64,000 nt of DNA from an uncultured Gammaproteobacteria bacterium (GCA_964649615.1 CAZYPW010000008.1:574-64573), one strand, 5' to 3'; shown: positions 45,195 to 55,398, numbered from the stretch's first letter. Notes: generated from the letters alone by a model not told the origin. Translations and numbers: made by a program.

Positions 45195-46576
45195 AGAAGT
45201 ATTTTGTTACTACGCCTATTTATTACGTAAACGATGTCGCACACATTGGGCATGCTTATCCTACCGTAGCAGCCGATGTTATAACTCGTTACTGGAAATT
45301 AAAAGGATACGACGCTAGACTTCTAACAGGCACTGATGAACATGGAGCAAAAATTGCCGAAGCTGCCAAAAAACATGATGAAGAACCAAAACAATATGCT
45401 GATGAGATTTCTGAAAAATTTAAAGAGGCTTGGAAAAAACTAAATATTAATTATGCTAGATTTATTAGAACAACTGACGAAGATCATATAAAAATTGCCC
45501 AAGATTTCTTGCAAAAACTTTATGACAAAGGTGCAATAGATCCAAAACCAAGACTTTATAAAGGATTATATTGTATCGGTCACGAAAAGTTTATGTCTCC
45601 TGATGAATTAAAAGATGGGCTATGCCCAGATCATAAAACAAAACCTGTTGAGCATTCGGAGGAAAATTACTATTTTAAACTTAGTAACTATCAAGAAAAA
45701 TTAGAAAAATTAATTGGCTCTGACGAAATTAAAGTAAGACCGATCTCAAGAAAAAATGAGATACTAGGAAAAATAAAACAAGGATTAGAAGATATCTCAA
45801 TTTCTCGAGCCAACCTTGAGTGGGGAATTCCTCTACCTTTTGATCTTTCTCATACTGCTTATGTTTGGATAGAGGCTTTAATTAATTACTATACTTATGG
45901 ATCACAAAATAGAATTTGGCCTGCTGATTTACACTTAGTAGGAAGAGATATCGTTTGGTTTCACAGCATAATTTGGCCTGCTATGTTACTGGCCATTAAT
46001 GAACGGCTACCGAAGGAAATTTTTGGTCATGGATTTTTTACAATTGATGGACAAAAGATGTCAAAGACTATCGGAAATGTAATTCATCCAGATGATTTAG
46101 TTGAAAAATATGGAGTTGATGGTACCAGGTATGTTCTACTTGCGGCATTTCCTTTTGGGGAAGATGGTGATTTTTCCTGGGATTTATTTGATAGATTATA
46201 TAACGCAGATTTGGCCAATGGCTTAGGCAATTTAGTGGCCAGAGTGGCTAAGCTATGTGAACAAAATAATATTACTGCTACAGCGGGACCAGATGTCTGG
46301 TGCGCTGATTTGGAAAAATTTATGGGGGAGTTTAAATTTAATGAAGCAATTGCAGTTATTTGGACGCTGATAACTGAGGCCGACCAGAAAGTAAATTTGG
46401 AAAAACCCTGGGAGCTGGCGGGTGAAAAAGCCAAAGTAGTTTTGGAGGATTTGGTTAAAAGAATTCAGGCAATTGGTTTTAATTTGCAGCCATTTTTACC
46501 CCAAACTTCAGAAAAAATCTTAAAACAATTTTCCGGAGAAATTAAATCAGGTAAACCCTTGTTCCCCCGCATATGA
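45191..46576 (+). CDS. metG: Methionyl-tRNA synthetase
   Basis: TTPIYYVN..HIGHAY, TGTDEHG, YVWIEAL, KMSKT. Confidence 0.97.
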   Translation: MKKYFVTTPIYYVNDVAHIGHAYPTVAADVITRYWKLKGYDARLLTGTDEHGAKIAEAAKKHDEEPKQYADEISEKFKEAWKKLNINYARFIRTTDEDHIKIAQDFLQKLYDKGAIDPKPRLYKGLYCIGHEKFMSPDELKDGLCPDHKTKPVEHSEENYYFKLSNYQEKLEKLIGSDEIKVRPISRKNEILGKIKQGLEDISISRANLEWGIPLPFDLSHTAYVWIEALINYYTYGSQNRIWPADLHLVGRDIVWFHSIIWPAMLLAINERLPKEIFGHGFFTIDGQKMSKTIGNVIHPDDLVEKYGVDGTRYVLLAAFPFGEDGDFSWDLFDRLYNADLANGLGNLVARVAKLCEQNNITATAGPDVWCADLEKFMGEFKFNEAIAVIWTLITEADQKVNLEKPWELAGEKAKVVLEDLVKRIQAIGFNLQPFLPQTSEKILKQFSGEIKSGKPLFPRI

Positions 46577-47178
46577 TCTTTGTCTCATCAATAAAACTAA
46601 ATGGGAATATGTCCATATATTATGGAGATCCCAAGAAAGCTTTAGAGAATAGGAAAAGGTTTTTTGGAAAATTAGGAATTAATATAAAGAATGTTGTTGA
46701 AGTTAAACAAGTTCATGGTAATAAAGTCCTTCTAGCAGAAGATATTTTAAATTCCACTGCAGAAGCTGATAGTCTCCTCACTAACAAACAAGGGTTCATT
46801 TTGATGATGAAGATTGCAGACTGTATGGCAATTGGTTTATATGATCCAAAGCATAATGCTATAGCTTTAATCCACGCTGGATTTAGAGGGCTAGATAATG
46901 GGATCATTAAAAATTCCATTGATAAAATGAGGAAAAAATATAAAACTAATCCCAAAGATTTAATTATTAAAATCAACCCATCTATTGGGCCGTGCCATTA
47001 CCGGATAGACTTATGGAAACAAGCCGAAGAACAACTTATAGATGCAGGTGTCTTAAAGAAAAATATTGATAACCCAAAAATCTGCACTTATGAATCATCA
47101 GATTATTTTTCTCACAGAAGGTCAGATGATACAAACACAACTGAGGGCAGGTTTGTTACAATATTCGGATTATGTTAA
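46573..47178 (+). CDS. YfiH/PgeF-family protein
   Basis: QVHG, ADC, HAG, PSIGPCHY, FSHR. Confidence 0.9.
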   Translation: MIFVSSIKLNGNMSIYYGDPKKALENRKRFFGKLGINIKNVVEVKQVHGNKVLLAEDILNSTAEADSLLTNKQGFILMMKIADCMAIGLYDPKHNAIALIHAGFRGLDNGIIKNSIDKMRKKYKTNPKDLIIKINPSIGPCHYRIDLWKQAEEQLIDAGVLKKNIDNPKICTYESSDYFSHRRSDDTNTTEGRFVTIFGLC

Positions 47179-48083
47179 TTGACACACATGCTCATCTTTA
47201 TTGGTCGGATTACAAACAAGATTTTGATCAGGTTATTCAGCGCTCAATTGACGCTGGCGTAACCACTATAATAAACGTCGGTGTTGATGTTGAAAAATCT
47301 AAGGAAGCCCTGCAACAAGTTCAGGGTAAACTAGCAAATATACCCGGTTTAGAAGCCTATTCCACCATCGGAATTCATCCCCATGAAGCTATAAAATACA
47401 CTCAATCCATACACTTATCATACGACCGTGATATAAATGTACAAAACAATATCAGTAAGGACGTCTCTGAATTGGAAAAAATCTATAATTTGAATCTCGA
47501 CAAAATAGTCGCTGTTGGAGAATGTGGTCTAGACTATTATTTTAGAGGATTAGATCCTTCGGTCGCTTCACTCCCTAAGGATGACAACAAGATTTTACAA
47601 AGACAGCTTTTTCAAGCTCAAATTGATCTGGCTAAGAAACTTAATCTTCCATTAATTGTGCACTGTCGGGATGACCGCTCTCAAAATCCGGAAAATTCTG
47701 AAGCTTGGGATGAAGTTTTAAAGATGGTTGAAGACCATCCGACTATTCTTCATTGTTACTCTGGCTTACCACCCACCACCAACCGTATCCTACAAACTAC
47801 CCACCTTATTGTTTCTTTTGCAGGAACTCTTACCTACCCTAAAAATGAATACTTAAGAGAAGCTGTGAAACTTCTACCCTTGGAAAAAATAGTTTTAGAA
47901 ACAGATTGTCCATTCCTTCCACCCCAATCCAAAAGAGGCACTAGAAATGAACCATCATCTGTTTTAGAAATTGCCCAACTTATTGCTGATATAAAAGGGG
48001 TATCTTTGAAAGAAGTATCAAACCAAACTACAATCAATGTCAAAAAAATTTTTAATATGGATCCTGAAACAAGTTCAGGATGA
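47172..48083 (+). CDS. tatD: TatD-family deoxyribonuclease
   Basis: LIDTHAHL, GIHPH, AVGECGLDY, VHCR, LETDCPFLPP, RNEP. Confidence 0.95.
   Translation: MLIDTHAHLYWSDYKQDFDQVIQRSIDAGVTTIINVGVDVEKSKEALQQVQGKLANIPGLEAYSTIGIHPHEAIKYTQSIHLSYDRDINVQNNISKDVSELEKIYNLNLDKIVAVGECGLDYYFRGLDPSVASLPKDDNKILQRQLFQAQIDLAKKLNLPLIVHCRDDRSQNPENSEAWDEVLKMVEDHPTILHCYSGLPPTTNRILQTTHLIVSFAGTLTYPKNEYLREAVKLLPLEKIVLETDCPFLPPQSKRGTRNEPSSVLEIAQLIADIKGVSLKEVSNQTTINVKKIFNMDPETSSG
47410..47441. repeat. Palindromic element in frame in tatD
   Basis: TACACTTATCATACGACCGTGATATAAATGTA; its reverse complement resembles 13522-13551. Confidence 0.7.
47553..47585. repeat. GTCA-footed palindrome in frame in tatD
   Basis: GATCCTTCGGTCGCTTCACTCCCTAAGGATGAC; peptide DPSVASLPKDD. 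Confidence 0.75.
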
Positions 48084-48095
48084 CACTGTGTGTCA
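48060..48095. repeat. GTCA-footed palindrome forming the tatD C-terminus and stop codon
   Basis: GATCCTGAAACAAGTTCAGGATGAC, continuing as TGACAC-tgt-GTGTCA; peptide DPETSSG*. Confidence 0.8.
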
Positions 48096-48136
48096 TTTGC
48101 TTTCTGAGGCTAAAATAAGTACACTTAAGAATACTC

Positions 48137-49912
48137 ATGAGGATCATTTTGGCCTTTTTTATAGGTTTTTTATCTTTTTTTTATATCTCTGAGATTATTA
48201 AAAGAATCTTAGGCAATGTCAGATATTCTATCTTTGGCATAATCTTTATTATTTTGGGCTTTGCCATAGGTATTTTTGGGGCTAGCTTTTTTCCAGGTGG
48301 AGTTAATGTTCTATCCTCATTTTTTCTAATTGGAGCAGGGCTTGGCATAATTACCCATCATCTGCTTTCCAAAAGATTTATTTTATTTGAGATTGTGGAA
48401 AAGGAATTTGTTTTAAAACATGAAACAAAAGTAGAAAGGTTTTTGGAAATTTTACCAGGAAGCTTAACTTGGCTGGCCCTCACCTCCCCTATCTGGCTCT
48501 CTTTTACCCTGCCTTATGCTGTAGCTTACCTGATTTTGATTGCAGATGTTTATTGGCTGCTGTCCGCTCTGCGGATTGCTATTTTAATCTTAATTGGATC
48601 TAAAAAAATGGAAGAAGTTAAAAAAGAAAACTGGCTTAAGCGTTTAAAAGATGACTATCCTACCGGTTTTGAAAAATATTATCACTTAATTTTAGTGCCT
48701 ACCTATAAAGAAGCCCTTTATATTCTTACTCCTAGCTTTACGGCCATACTGGACTGCGCTTATCCCAAAAATAAAATCTTTCTAGCTGTTGGCTTTGAGG
48801 AAAGAGATGATCATAAGAAAATTGAAGAGACAAAAAAATATTTAAAAAAGATAGAGAATAAACTAGCAGGAGTTTTTATCACCGTTCATCCTTATAACCT
48901 TCCTGGTGAAGTGGCAGGCCAAGGTTCTAATAAAAACTGGATGATCAAACACCTTGTTCCTCAGCTTGAAAAAAAGGGTGTCAAAATAGAAGATGTTTTT
49001 GTGACTACTTTGGATGCAGATTTTGTAGTCTCTCCCCAATTTTTAGCAGGAGCTTTACATAAATATTTATCACAGCCAAAAACGGAAAGGGATAAAAGAA
49101 CTTTTACAGGAGTATTTTTATACCATAATAATTACTGGCAAACTCCCACCCCTATGAGGCTGATGGCAGCAGGCACTTCCTTTTGGCAACTGGCAGAAAT
49201 GGTAGGCTCAGATAAATATATGAACTATTCTTCTATGTCTATTTCTTTGAAAGCTTTACTTGATATTGGCGGCTGGATACCAGATAAAGTTAATGATGAC
49301 AATGGCTTTTATTGGAAAGCTTATTTTCATTTTAATGGGGATTACAGAGTCATCCCCCATTTTCTGCCTCTTTCAGCAGATGCAGTCCAAGATACCACTT
49401 TGCTTAGAACCTTCCAAAATCAATATTTACAAATTAAAAGGTGGGCTTATGGGGTTGAACATATCCCTTTTATTGTTAAACAATATTTTACTAAAGAAAT
49501 TGATTTTTGGGATAAAACAGACAGGGTCCTTTTTAAATTATGGGGAGATTTAAAATGGGGCTTTTTAGCCATCTTTGTTACTTTTGGCAGTTTATTTATT
49601 CCCCTGGTTAATCCAAATTTTAAAGAATCTGTGCTATCTGTTAATTTACCAATTGTGTCATCCTGGATATTAACCACAGCTTTTTTCGGGCTTTTTGCCA
49701 CTATTTATGTCCATGAAAAAGTGGTGCCAAAAAGACCAAAAAACTGGTCCGTCTTTAAAAAGATTTGGTCTTATTTGCAATGGGTTTTAGTGCCAATAAT
49801 TTTGATCACTATCTCATCTCTGCCTGCAATTGATGCCCAAACCTCTTTAATGTTTGGCAGGAAATTAGAATTTAGAGTTACTAACAAGGCAAGACTTTTA
49901 GAGAAAGTATGA
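48137..49912 (+). CDS. Polytopic GT2 glycosyltransferase
   Basis: VPTYKE, TLDAD, QIKRWAYG; multiple TMs. Confidence 0.85.
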   Translation: MRIILAFFIGFLSFFYISEIIKRILGNVRYSIFGIIFIILGFAIGIFGASFFPGGVNVLSSFFLIGAGLGIITHHLLSKRFILFEIVEKEFVLKHETKVERFLEILPGSLTWLALTSPIWLSFTLPYAVAYLILIADVYWLLSALRIAILILIGSKKMEEVKKENWLKRLKDDYPTGFEKYYHLILVPTYKEALYILTPSFTAILDCAYPKNKIFLAVGFEERDDHKKIEETKKYLKKIENKLAGVFITVHPYNLPGEVAGQGSNKNWMIKHLVPQLEKKGVKIEDVFVTTLDADFVVSPQFLAGALHKYLSQPKTERDKRTFTGVFLYHNNYWQTPTPMRLMAAGTSFWQLAEMVGSDKYMNYSSMSISLKALLDIGGWIPDKVNDDNGFYWKAYFHFNGDYRVIPHFLPLSADAVQDTTLLRTFQNQYLQIKRWAYGVEHIPFIVKQYFTKEIDFWDKTDRVLFKLWGDLKWGFLAIFVTFGSLFIPLVNPNFKESVLSVNLPIVSSWILTTAFFGLFATIYVHEKVVPKRPKNWSVFKKIWSYLQWVLVPIILITISSLPAIDAQTSLMFGRKLEFRVTNKARLLEKV

Positions 49913-50271
49913 CAAACTATAACAACAAAGTTGTTGCAAGCTTCGCTTATAAGATAATTTTTTATTTAAATATTATCCCTTTAATTTTTGCAACCATCAT
50001 GAGTATTTCTATCCCTATTATTTTTAGGATTTTGCCTGAAAAATTACCTTTATTTTATTCTCTAGCTTGGGGGGAAATACAGCTTGCTAGCCATGAGCAG
50101 TTTTTTATCCTGCCTGCCAGTATTATCTTAGTTACCTTAATAAACTTATTTTTATCTTGGCAACTGCATCCGAGCCAGATTTTTTTAAAAAAAATTTTAC
50201 TTGCCTCTTCAGTGATTATTAGTATAATTTTATCTATCACTTTTTTAAAAATAGTATTTATTTTTATTTAA
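49909..50271 (+). CDS. Hypothetical membrane protein
   Basis: LPEKLPLFYSLAWG plus three TMs; start overlaps the GT2 stop. Confidence 0.7.
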   Translation: MTNYNNKVVASFAYKIIFYLNIIPLIFATIMSISIPIIFRILPEKLPLFYSLAWGEIQLASHEQFFILPASIILVTLINLFLSWQLHPSQIFLKKILLASSVIISIILSITFLKIVFIFI

Positions 50272-51348
50272 ATGGATTTTATATTTCCTGCCTTAATCTC
50301 TTTTTTAATTACAGTCTCCTTAATCCCCCTAACAATTCGCTTTGCTAAAAAGTATGGGCTGTTAGATAATCCTAAGATTAGGCCACATCCTGCCCATATT
50401 CAACAAAGAATTGTCCCCAGAGCAGGGGGATTAGGTCCTTTTTTTGCCATACTTTTATCCACTTTTATGTTTATTAACTTCAGTATAGAGATCACAGGAA
50501 TTTTATTAGGGCTTAATATTTTACTTGTAATTGGCCTTTTAGATGATAAGTTTAAAAATTTCTCACCATATATAAGGTTATTTGGCCAATTTATAGCTGC
50601 AGTTATGGTTGTTTTTTCTGGAATTAGTATAGATTTTATCACCAACCCCTTGGGGGGAATTCTTTACTTAAATTTTCCCATCACTGTATTTAACCAAACT
50701 CTGCCAATCCTTTTTTCAGACTTTCTAGCCATTGTTTGGATTGTTTGGGTGATGAACATGATTAATTGGTCAAAGGGAGTTGATGGGCAGATGCCCTCTA
50801 TTACTACTGTGGCCTCATTTTTTTTAGGGCTGCTGTCAGTCAAATTAACTCTAGCAGGTGATCCAAATCAAATCAATGTTTCCAAATTATCTTTTATCAC
50901 CACAGGTGCCAGTTTAGGGCTGCTTATTTTTAATTGGCATCCTGCTAAAATTTTCCCAGGTTTTTCTGCTTCAGCAATTTTTGGTTTTTTAATTGCTGTG
51001 TTATCTATTTTATCTGGTGCCAAACTAGCCACAGCTGGGCTAATCTTACTGATCCCTGCCACTGATTTTGCTTATACTTTTATTAGAAGAGTCCTGCAAG
51101 GAAAATCCCCAGTCTGGGGAGACCGGGGACACCTGCATCACAAACTTCTGGAGATGGGCCTATCTCATCAGAAAATTAGCTTGTTTTATTTTTTTGGATC
51201 TGTTATCTTGGGAGCAGCTGCCTTAAGCCTATCGTCATCTGGTAAGCTGTTCGCTGCAACCTTGCTGGCGGTTGTCATCTTAGGAGGAATTATATGGTTG
51301 AACTTCTTTGGGGATTACTTAAAACGTCAAGACCAAGACAGTGGATAA
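50272..51348 (+). CDS. WecA/TagO-like polyprenyl-phosphate sugar-1-phosphate transferase (MraY family)
   Basis: VPRAGG, GLLDD, NWSKGVDG, FNWHPAKIFPG, GDRGHLHH. Confidence 0.9.
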   Translation: MDFIFPALISFLITVSLIPLTIRFAKKYGLLDNPKIRPHPAHIQQRIVPRAGGLGPFFAILLSTFMFINFSIEITGILLGLNILLVIGLLDDKFKNFSPYIRLFGQFIAAVMVVFSGISIDFITNPLGGILYLNFPITVFNQTLPILFSDFLAIVWIVWVMNMINWSKGVDGQMPSITTVASFFLGLLSVKLTLAGDPNQINVSKLSFITTGASLGLLIFNWHPAKIFPGFSASAIFGFLIAVLSILSGAKLATAGLILLIPATDFAYTFIRRVLQGKSPVWGDRGHLHHKLLEMGLSHQKISLFYFFGSVILGAAALSLSSSGKLFAATLLAVVILGGIIWLNFFGDYLKRQDQDSG

Positions 51349-52226
51349 AAAACTTTGCCGTCTTTGCTGCCTTAATTTTTTCTGGAACTTTATTTGATAG
51401 AACAAACCAGATTAGATCATTTGAGGCTGTTTTGCTTTTTTGTATCTTTTCCTCTGCTACTTACCTGTTAAATGATGTTTTTGATAAGGAACGGGATAAA
51501 CTCCATCCTTTTAAAAAAAAGAGGCCGGTGGCCTCAGGATTAATCCCTGCTAATTTAGCAATTATTGTAGCCCTGGGACTGATTGTGATAGGATTGCCTT
51601 TAGCTTTCTCTTTGTCTCCAGCTTTTTTCTTTGCCTCTATTACTTACTTAGTTTTACAGCTACTTTATTCCACTTATCTAAAACAAGTGATTTTAATTGA
51701 TGTTTTAGTAATTGCTGCAGGATTTGTTTTAAGGGTTTACGCTGGGGTTTGGGCAATTGATGCTCATCTTAATGTCTGGTTTTTATTGTCTGTTTCATCT
51801 TTTGCCCTGTTTTTAGCCATAGGTAAAAGGAGGTCTGAGCGAACTCTGATGGAAGGCCATGCAGGCCAACATAGAGAAACGCTATTGCACTATCCAGAAA
51901 ATCTATTAGATATCTTAACTGCCATGTTTGCCAACTCTACCTGGTTAACTTATGCTTTATTCACCTTTTTGCAACCTCCCATTACCGCCCGGGGTGCTGT
52001 TAATACCTTTTTAGGAGGGTTTGAATTGCCTTTTACTCAGGCCAAGTTTTTAATGGCCACAGTTCCTGTAGTGGTCTATGCTGTAATGAGATATTTATAT
52101 ATTATTTATGAAAAAAAGGAGGGAGAATCACCTGAGCGAGTTATTTTAACTGATGCTCCACTCCTTGCTGCTGTAGTTCTTTGGTTGGTGATGGTGACTG
52201 GAATTATTTATTACCTTGGTGCTTAA
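51294..52226 (+). CDS. UbiA-family decaprenyl-phosphate phosphoribosyltransferase-like protein
   Basis: RPRQWIKN, YLLNDVFDKERDKLHPFKKKRPVASG, GFVLRV, KRRSE. Confidence 0.88.
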   Translation: MVELLWGLLKTSRPRQWIKNFAVFAALIFSGTLFDRTNQIRSFEAVLLFCIFSSATYLLNDVFDKERDKLHPFKKKRPVASGLIPANLAIIVALGLIVIGLPLAFSLSPAFFFASITYLVLQLLYSTYLKQVILIDVLVIAAGFVLRVYAGVWAIDAHLNVWFLLSVSSFALFLAIGKRRSERTLMEGHAGQHRETLLHYPENLLDILTAMFANSTWLTYALFTFLQPPITARGAVNTFLGGFELPFTQAKFLMATVPVVVYAVMRYLYIIYEKKEGESPERVILTDAPLLAAVVLWLVMVTGIIYYLGA

Positions 52227-52340
52227 AGGAAGATTTTGAAAGACTTAAGGATCTTTTTGTGAATCTAAATCTGAGTTATTTTTAATCATATCTCACTCCT
52301 CCCAAAAATTGGGAGATTACCTTTATGTTAAAAGCAGACA

Positions 52341-52799
52341 TTAATTCATTCTATTACTACCTTGTTGCGGAAAACCTATTCTTTGTCCATCTGCTTCAAC
52401 TTCATCTCCAAACTTAATACCTGCTCTGGCAGACAAAGCTATTGATTCAATTAGATTTCGTATCTGATAAACATCTCTCCTGAAAAGTTTATCAACAAAG
52501 ATATCAAAACCTCCTGTTAAACTTTTAACATGGATGTGTCCAAAAAATGGACCAGCCGATGCATCTACACAGGCAATATCTGTAGCCATAATAGAAATCA
52601 CTTCATCAGCCCACAGGCCATAATTTTTCATCCAAATCACCCTCAACTGCTCAATGATCAACTGATCAGGAAACAAAGTTAAAGGGAAAATCTGCTTAAA
52701 ACGACCTAAAACTTTAGAACTTGTATCTTCTCCGTCAAATGTTCTAACTCCCACTACTTGATCCAGTTGCCAAATTCCGGTTTGAGCAAGGTATCTCAT
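52341..52799 (-). CDS. Hypothetical protein (PH-like fold possible)
   Basis: FPLTLFPDQLII, ASAGPFFG; start overlaps the marR stop. Confidence 0.65.
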   Translation of the reverse strand: MRYLAQTGIWQLDQVVGVRTFDGEDTSSKVLGRFKQIFPLTLFPDQLIIEQLRVIWMKNYGLWADEVISIMATDIACVDASAGPFFGHIHVKSLTGGFDIFVDKLFRRDVYQIRNLIESIALSARAGIKFGDEVEADGQRIGFPQQGSNRMN

Positions 52800-53230
52800 T
52801 TTTCACCTCCTTTCCAATCTTCTAAACTTTGATCTAATTTTTCTAAAGTCAGATAAAAACACTGTGCTTCTTTAGCAGAAAGCCTCGCTTTTAAAAACTC
52901 ATCAAGTTTAGTAGCACGATCTAAAATCTGTTTTACTATCTTTTTACCCTTACTAGTCAGAGTGATTTTATATTTCCTCCGATCATCATTAACACTTTCT
53001 CTTTTCACTAAATCTAGATCTTCCAATTCATCGATTAGTACCACTACTGTGGCTGGCTCAAGATTTAAAGTTTGGGCAATTTGTTTTTGGCTGACCTCTT
53101 TTTTTGAATTTATAAACAACAAAGCAGATGATTGTGAATAGGAAAGTGAACTAAAAGCTAAATCAAAGTCTATACATTTTTGGAATTTTTTACCAAGATT
53201 AACAGTATGGAAAAGGAATGTATGTTTCAT
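52796..53230 (-). CDS. MarR-family regulator
   Basis: SQKQIAQTL, DDRRKYKITLTSKG. Confidence 0.9.
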   Translation of the reverse strand: MKHTFLFHTVNLGKKFQKCIDFDLAFSSLSYSQSSALLFINSKKEVSQKQIAQTLNLEPATVVVLIDELEDLDLVKRESVNDDRRKYKITLTSKGKKIVKQILDRATKLDEFLKARLSAKEAQCFYLTLEKLDQSLEDWKGGEK

Positions 53231-53235
53231 CAATA

Positions 53236-53264
53236 GTTAGATTTCTAACAATAAGAAATCTAAC
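53236..53264. promoter_or_regulatory. 11-bp inverted repeat, probable MarR operator
   Basis: GTTAGATTTCT-aacaata-AGAAATCTAAC directly upstream of marR. Confidence 0.7.
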
Positions 53265-53282
53265 ATATCAGATATTTACCTG

Positions 53283-54086
53283 TCAAGGTGTCTTTTTCTC
53301 AACGTAGGCGGCAAAAACATATCCTTCTAAATTATTAGTTAATCTAACCCTATACCAACTGCCCTCCTCAGATAGTATTATCAAAGTATCCCCTGGCTTA
53401 ACTTGGGCAATCTCTTTGCCAGCAGTTGAGGCTTTATCTCTGACCCTTAAAAATCCTGTTGGGGTCTGTTTTACTATTACCTCAGGAGTGGTGGTAATGG
53501 TGGAAGTAGCAAAAGTAGTTAAATCTACCTCTGAAAGAGCCAAATCTAGTGCTATTGTTAAATTAAACCCTTCTGGAAGTTTGGCAGATAAGCTTCTTTT
53601 TAAATAATTAGGGTGGGAAACTATAATATTATGTTCACCTGAGGGAATATTGATGGTGAGCGGGCTTTTACCATAAACTTTAGAATCTACCTCTATCTCT
53701 GAATCAGAAGGATTAGAAATAATCGTTACTCCCTTACCTTTTTCCAAGGTTAAAGTTTCACCTGCAGATGAGGTTGGATCTTTTGATAAATCCCTATTTA
53801 CAATTGAAATAGCATCTGGTTTTAACTCTACTTTCCCCTGCCAGATGCTACCATCTTTTTCTATCTTTACTAAAACTATTTTAGGTTCCAATGTTTCATT
53901 GCTGTAAGGAGTCTTACCTACTTCAGCACCATCAATAAAAACAGTGGCTGAATCAGGAGTTGAAGTTAAAGAAATACCGCTTTTTTGTTTGATACCTAAA
54001 ATAGTCTGAGGAATTTGGCTGCTAAACCTAATAATTAGGGCTAATAAACTAACTACAACTAAAAACCAAATTATTATTTTTTTCAT
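53283..54086 (-). CDS. PEGA-domain + bacterial SH3 protein
   Basis: STPDSATVFIDG..VGKTP, second PEGA repeat, LRVRDKAS...WYRV..EGYV. Confidence 0.88.
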   Translation of the reverse strand: MKKIIIWFLVVVSLLALIIRFSSQIPQTILGIKQKSGISLTSTPDSATVFIDGAEVGKTPYSNETLEPKIVLVKIEKDGSIWQGKVELKPDAISIVNRDLSKDPTSSAGETLTLEKGKGVTIISNPSDSEIEVDSKVYGKSPLTINIPSGEHNIIVSHPNYLKRSLSAKLPEGFNLTIALDLALSEVDLTTFATSTITTTPEVIVKQTPTGFLRVRDKASTAGKEIAQVKPGDTLIILSEEGSWYRVRLTNNLEGYVFAAYVEKKTP

Positions 54087-54166
54087 CTTTACAGTATACC
54101 AATAAATTTGACCTTTAGTTCTAAATTTAGTAAAATACGCTATCTTCCGCTAAAAGCGGTTTTATT

Positions 54167-54739
54167 TTGAAAAAACAAACCAAAAATAATCAAATATTTT
54201 CTAAACTTACTATACTGGCCGTGTTGAGCCTTTTCCTTTCTGGATACCACCCGGCTCTTAGCTTTCCACCGGTAGAACTCTCAGATACCCTAGCTCACGA
54301 AAACCAAGAGCAAAAGGAAGAGATTTTAGCCTCATCTTTTAGGGAAGCTGTTATCTTGCCTCACCCCGGATATTTATCAACTAGGTATTCTACTTTCCAT
54401 CCAGGAGTAGATATTGCCTCAGGTTTAGGCATGCCAATTCACCCCATTAATCCAGGTCAAATTATAGAAACTGGCAGAGATTTTTTTGGCTTAGGAAATT
54501 ATATAATCATCTCTCATGAAAATGGATTTAAATCAAAATATGCCCATCTGGGCAAAATATTTGTTAAAAAGAATCAACCTGTTAACACAGAAAATACTTT
54601 AGGGGAAGTTGGGATGACTGGAAATACCTCAGGCCCTCATACGCATTTGGAAATCACTCTCAATGGAAATTTTATTGATCCTCAAACAATACTTCCAGAA
54701 ATTCCACCTATTCCACAGCAAACTCTTTCTAAGAAATAA
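54167..54739 (+). CDS. M23 family metallopeptidase
   Basis: HPGVDIA, YAHL, GNTSGPHTHLE. Confidence 0.9.
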   Translation: MKKQTKNNQIFSKLTILAVLSLFLSGYHPALSFPPVELSDTLAHENQEQKEEILASSFREAVILPHPGYLSTRYSTFHPGVDIASGLGMPIHPINPGQIIETGRDFFGLGNYIIISHENGFKSKYAHLGKIFVKKNQPVNTENTLGEVGMTGNTSGPHTHLEITLNGNFIDPQTILPEIPPIPQQTLSKK

Positions 54740-54757
54740 CCCTGGGACTATTTCCTT

Positions 54758-55351
54758 TCAGGAAATAACTTCACCCTCCACAGTAGTCAGGGGTGTCCCT
54801 CTTAAGCCTAATTGCTCTCTTTCTCTATTGATTGATCTTTCAAGCAGATTTTTTATTTCTATTGGATAATCAACATAGTCTAAAGATATTTCTCCTTTAT
54901 TCATTCCAGCAGTGTTAACTACAATTCTGCCATGATGGAAAAAGATCCTATCCACAAATCCCTGAATCACTTCAATATGGGTTATTTTATCAAATAAAGC
55001 AGAACTTAAGGTCACTGAAAATAAGCCTTTTTTAATAATCACTCTGCTGGTAGTAAGCAGGTATCTGCGGGAATGGTAAGTATGGAGGGTTTTTAAAATA
55101 GCAAAAATAGCCATCAAAGTTAAAGCAATAACCAAGGAGGTTAATAGGCCTAATTTTAAAATCCAGGCTAAACCAAACCCTAATACCCCAAAGATAATGC
55201 CTGGAAACAGTAGATAGATACAGAATTTGCTTCTTAAATAAGCATTAGATAAACCAGTCACCAAAACTAATTCCTCATCCTCTGATAAATATTTAGCAAA
55301 CACCTTTTTTTGTTTCTCAGTAGGAGATTCCCTATAGTGGAACTTAGCCAT
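54758..55351 (-). CDS. Membrane protein with bacterial PH domain
   Basis: Two TMs, YLLTTSRVIIKKG, QGFVDRIF.HG. Confidence 0.8.
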   Translation of the reverse strand: MAKFHYRESPTEKQKKVFAKYLSEDEELVLVTGLSNAYLRSKFCIYLLFPGIIFGVLGFGLAWILKLGLLTSLVIALTLMAIFAILKTLHTYHSRRYLLTTSRVIIKKGLFSVTLSSALFDKITHIEVIQGFVDRIFFHHGRIVVNTAGMNKGEISLDYVDYPIEIKNLLERSINREREQLGLRGTPLTTVEGEVIS

Positions 55352-55364
55352 TAAAAGTATTGTA

Positions 55365-55398
55365 CTATACCCTAAACCCTATACACTATTCCCTAATT

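Noticed and set aside
43980-45200. Group I intron or intein around the LAGLIDADG ORF
   Set aside because: Both flanking genes are intact and separate, there is no room for an intron core, and there are no intein splice residues.
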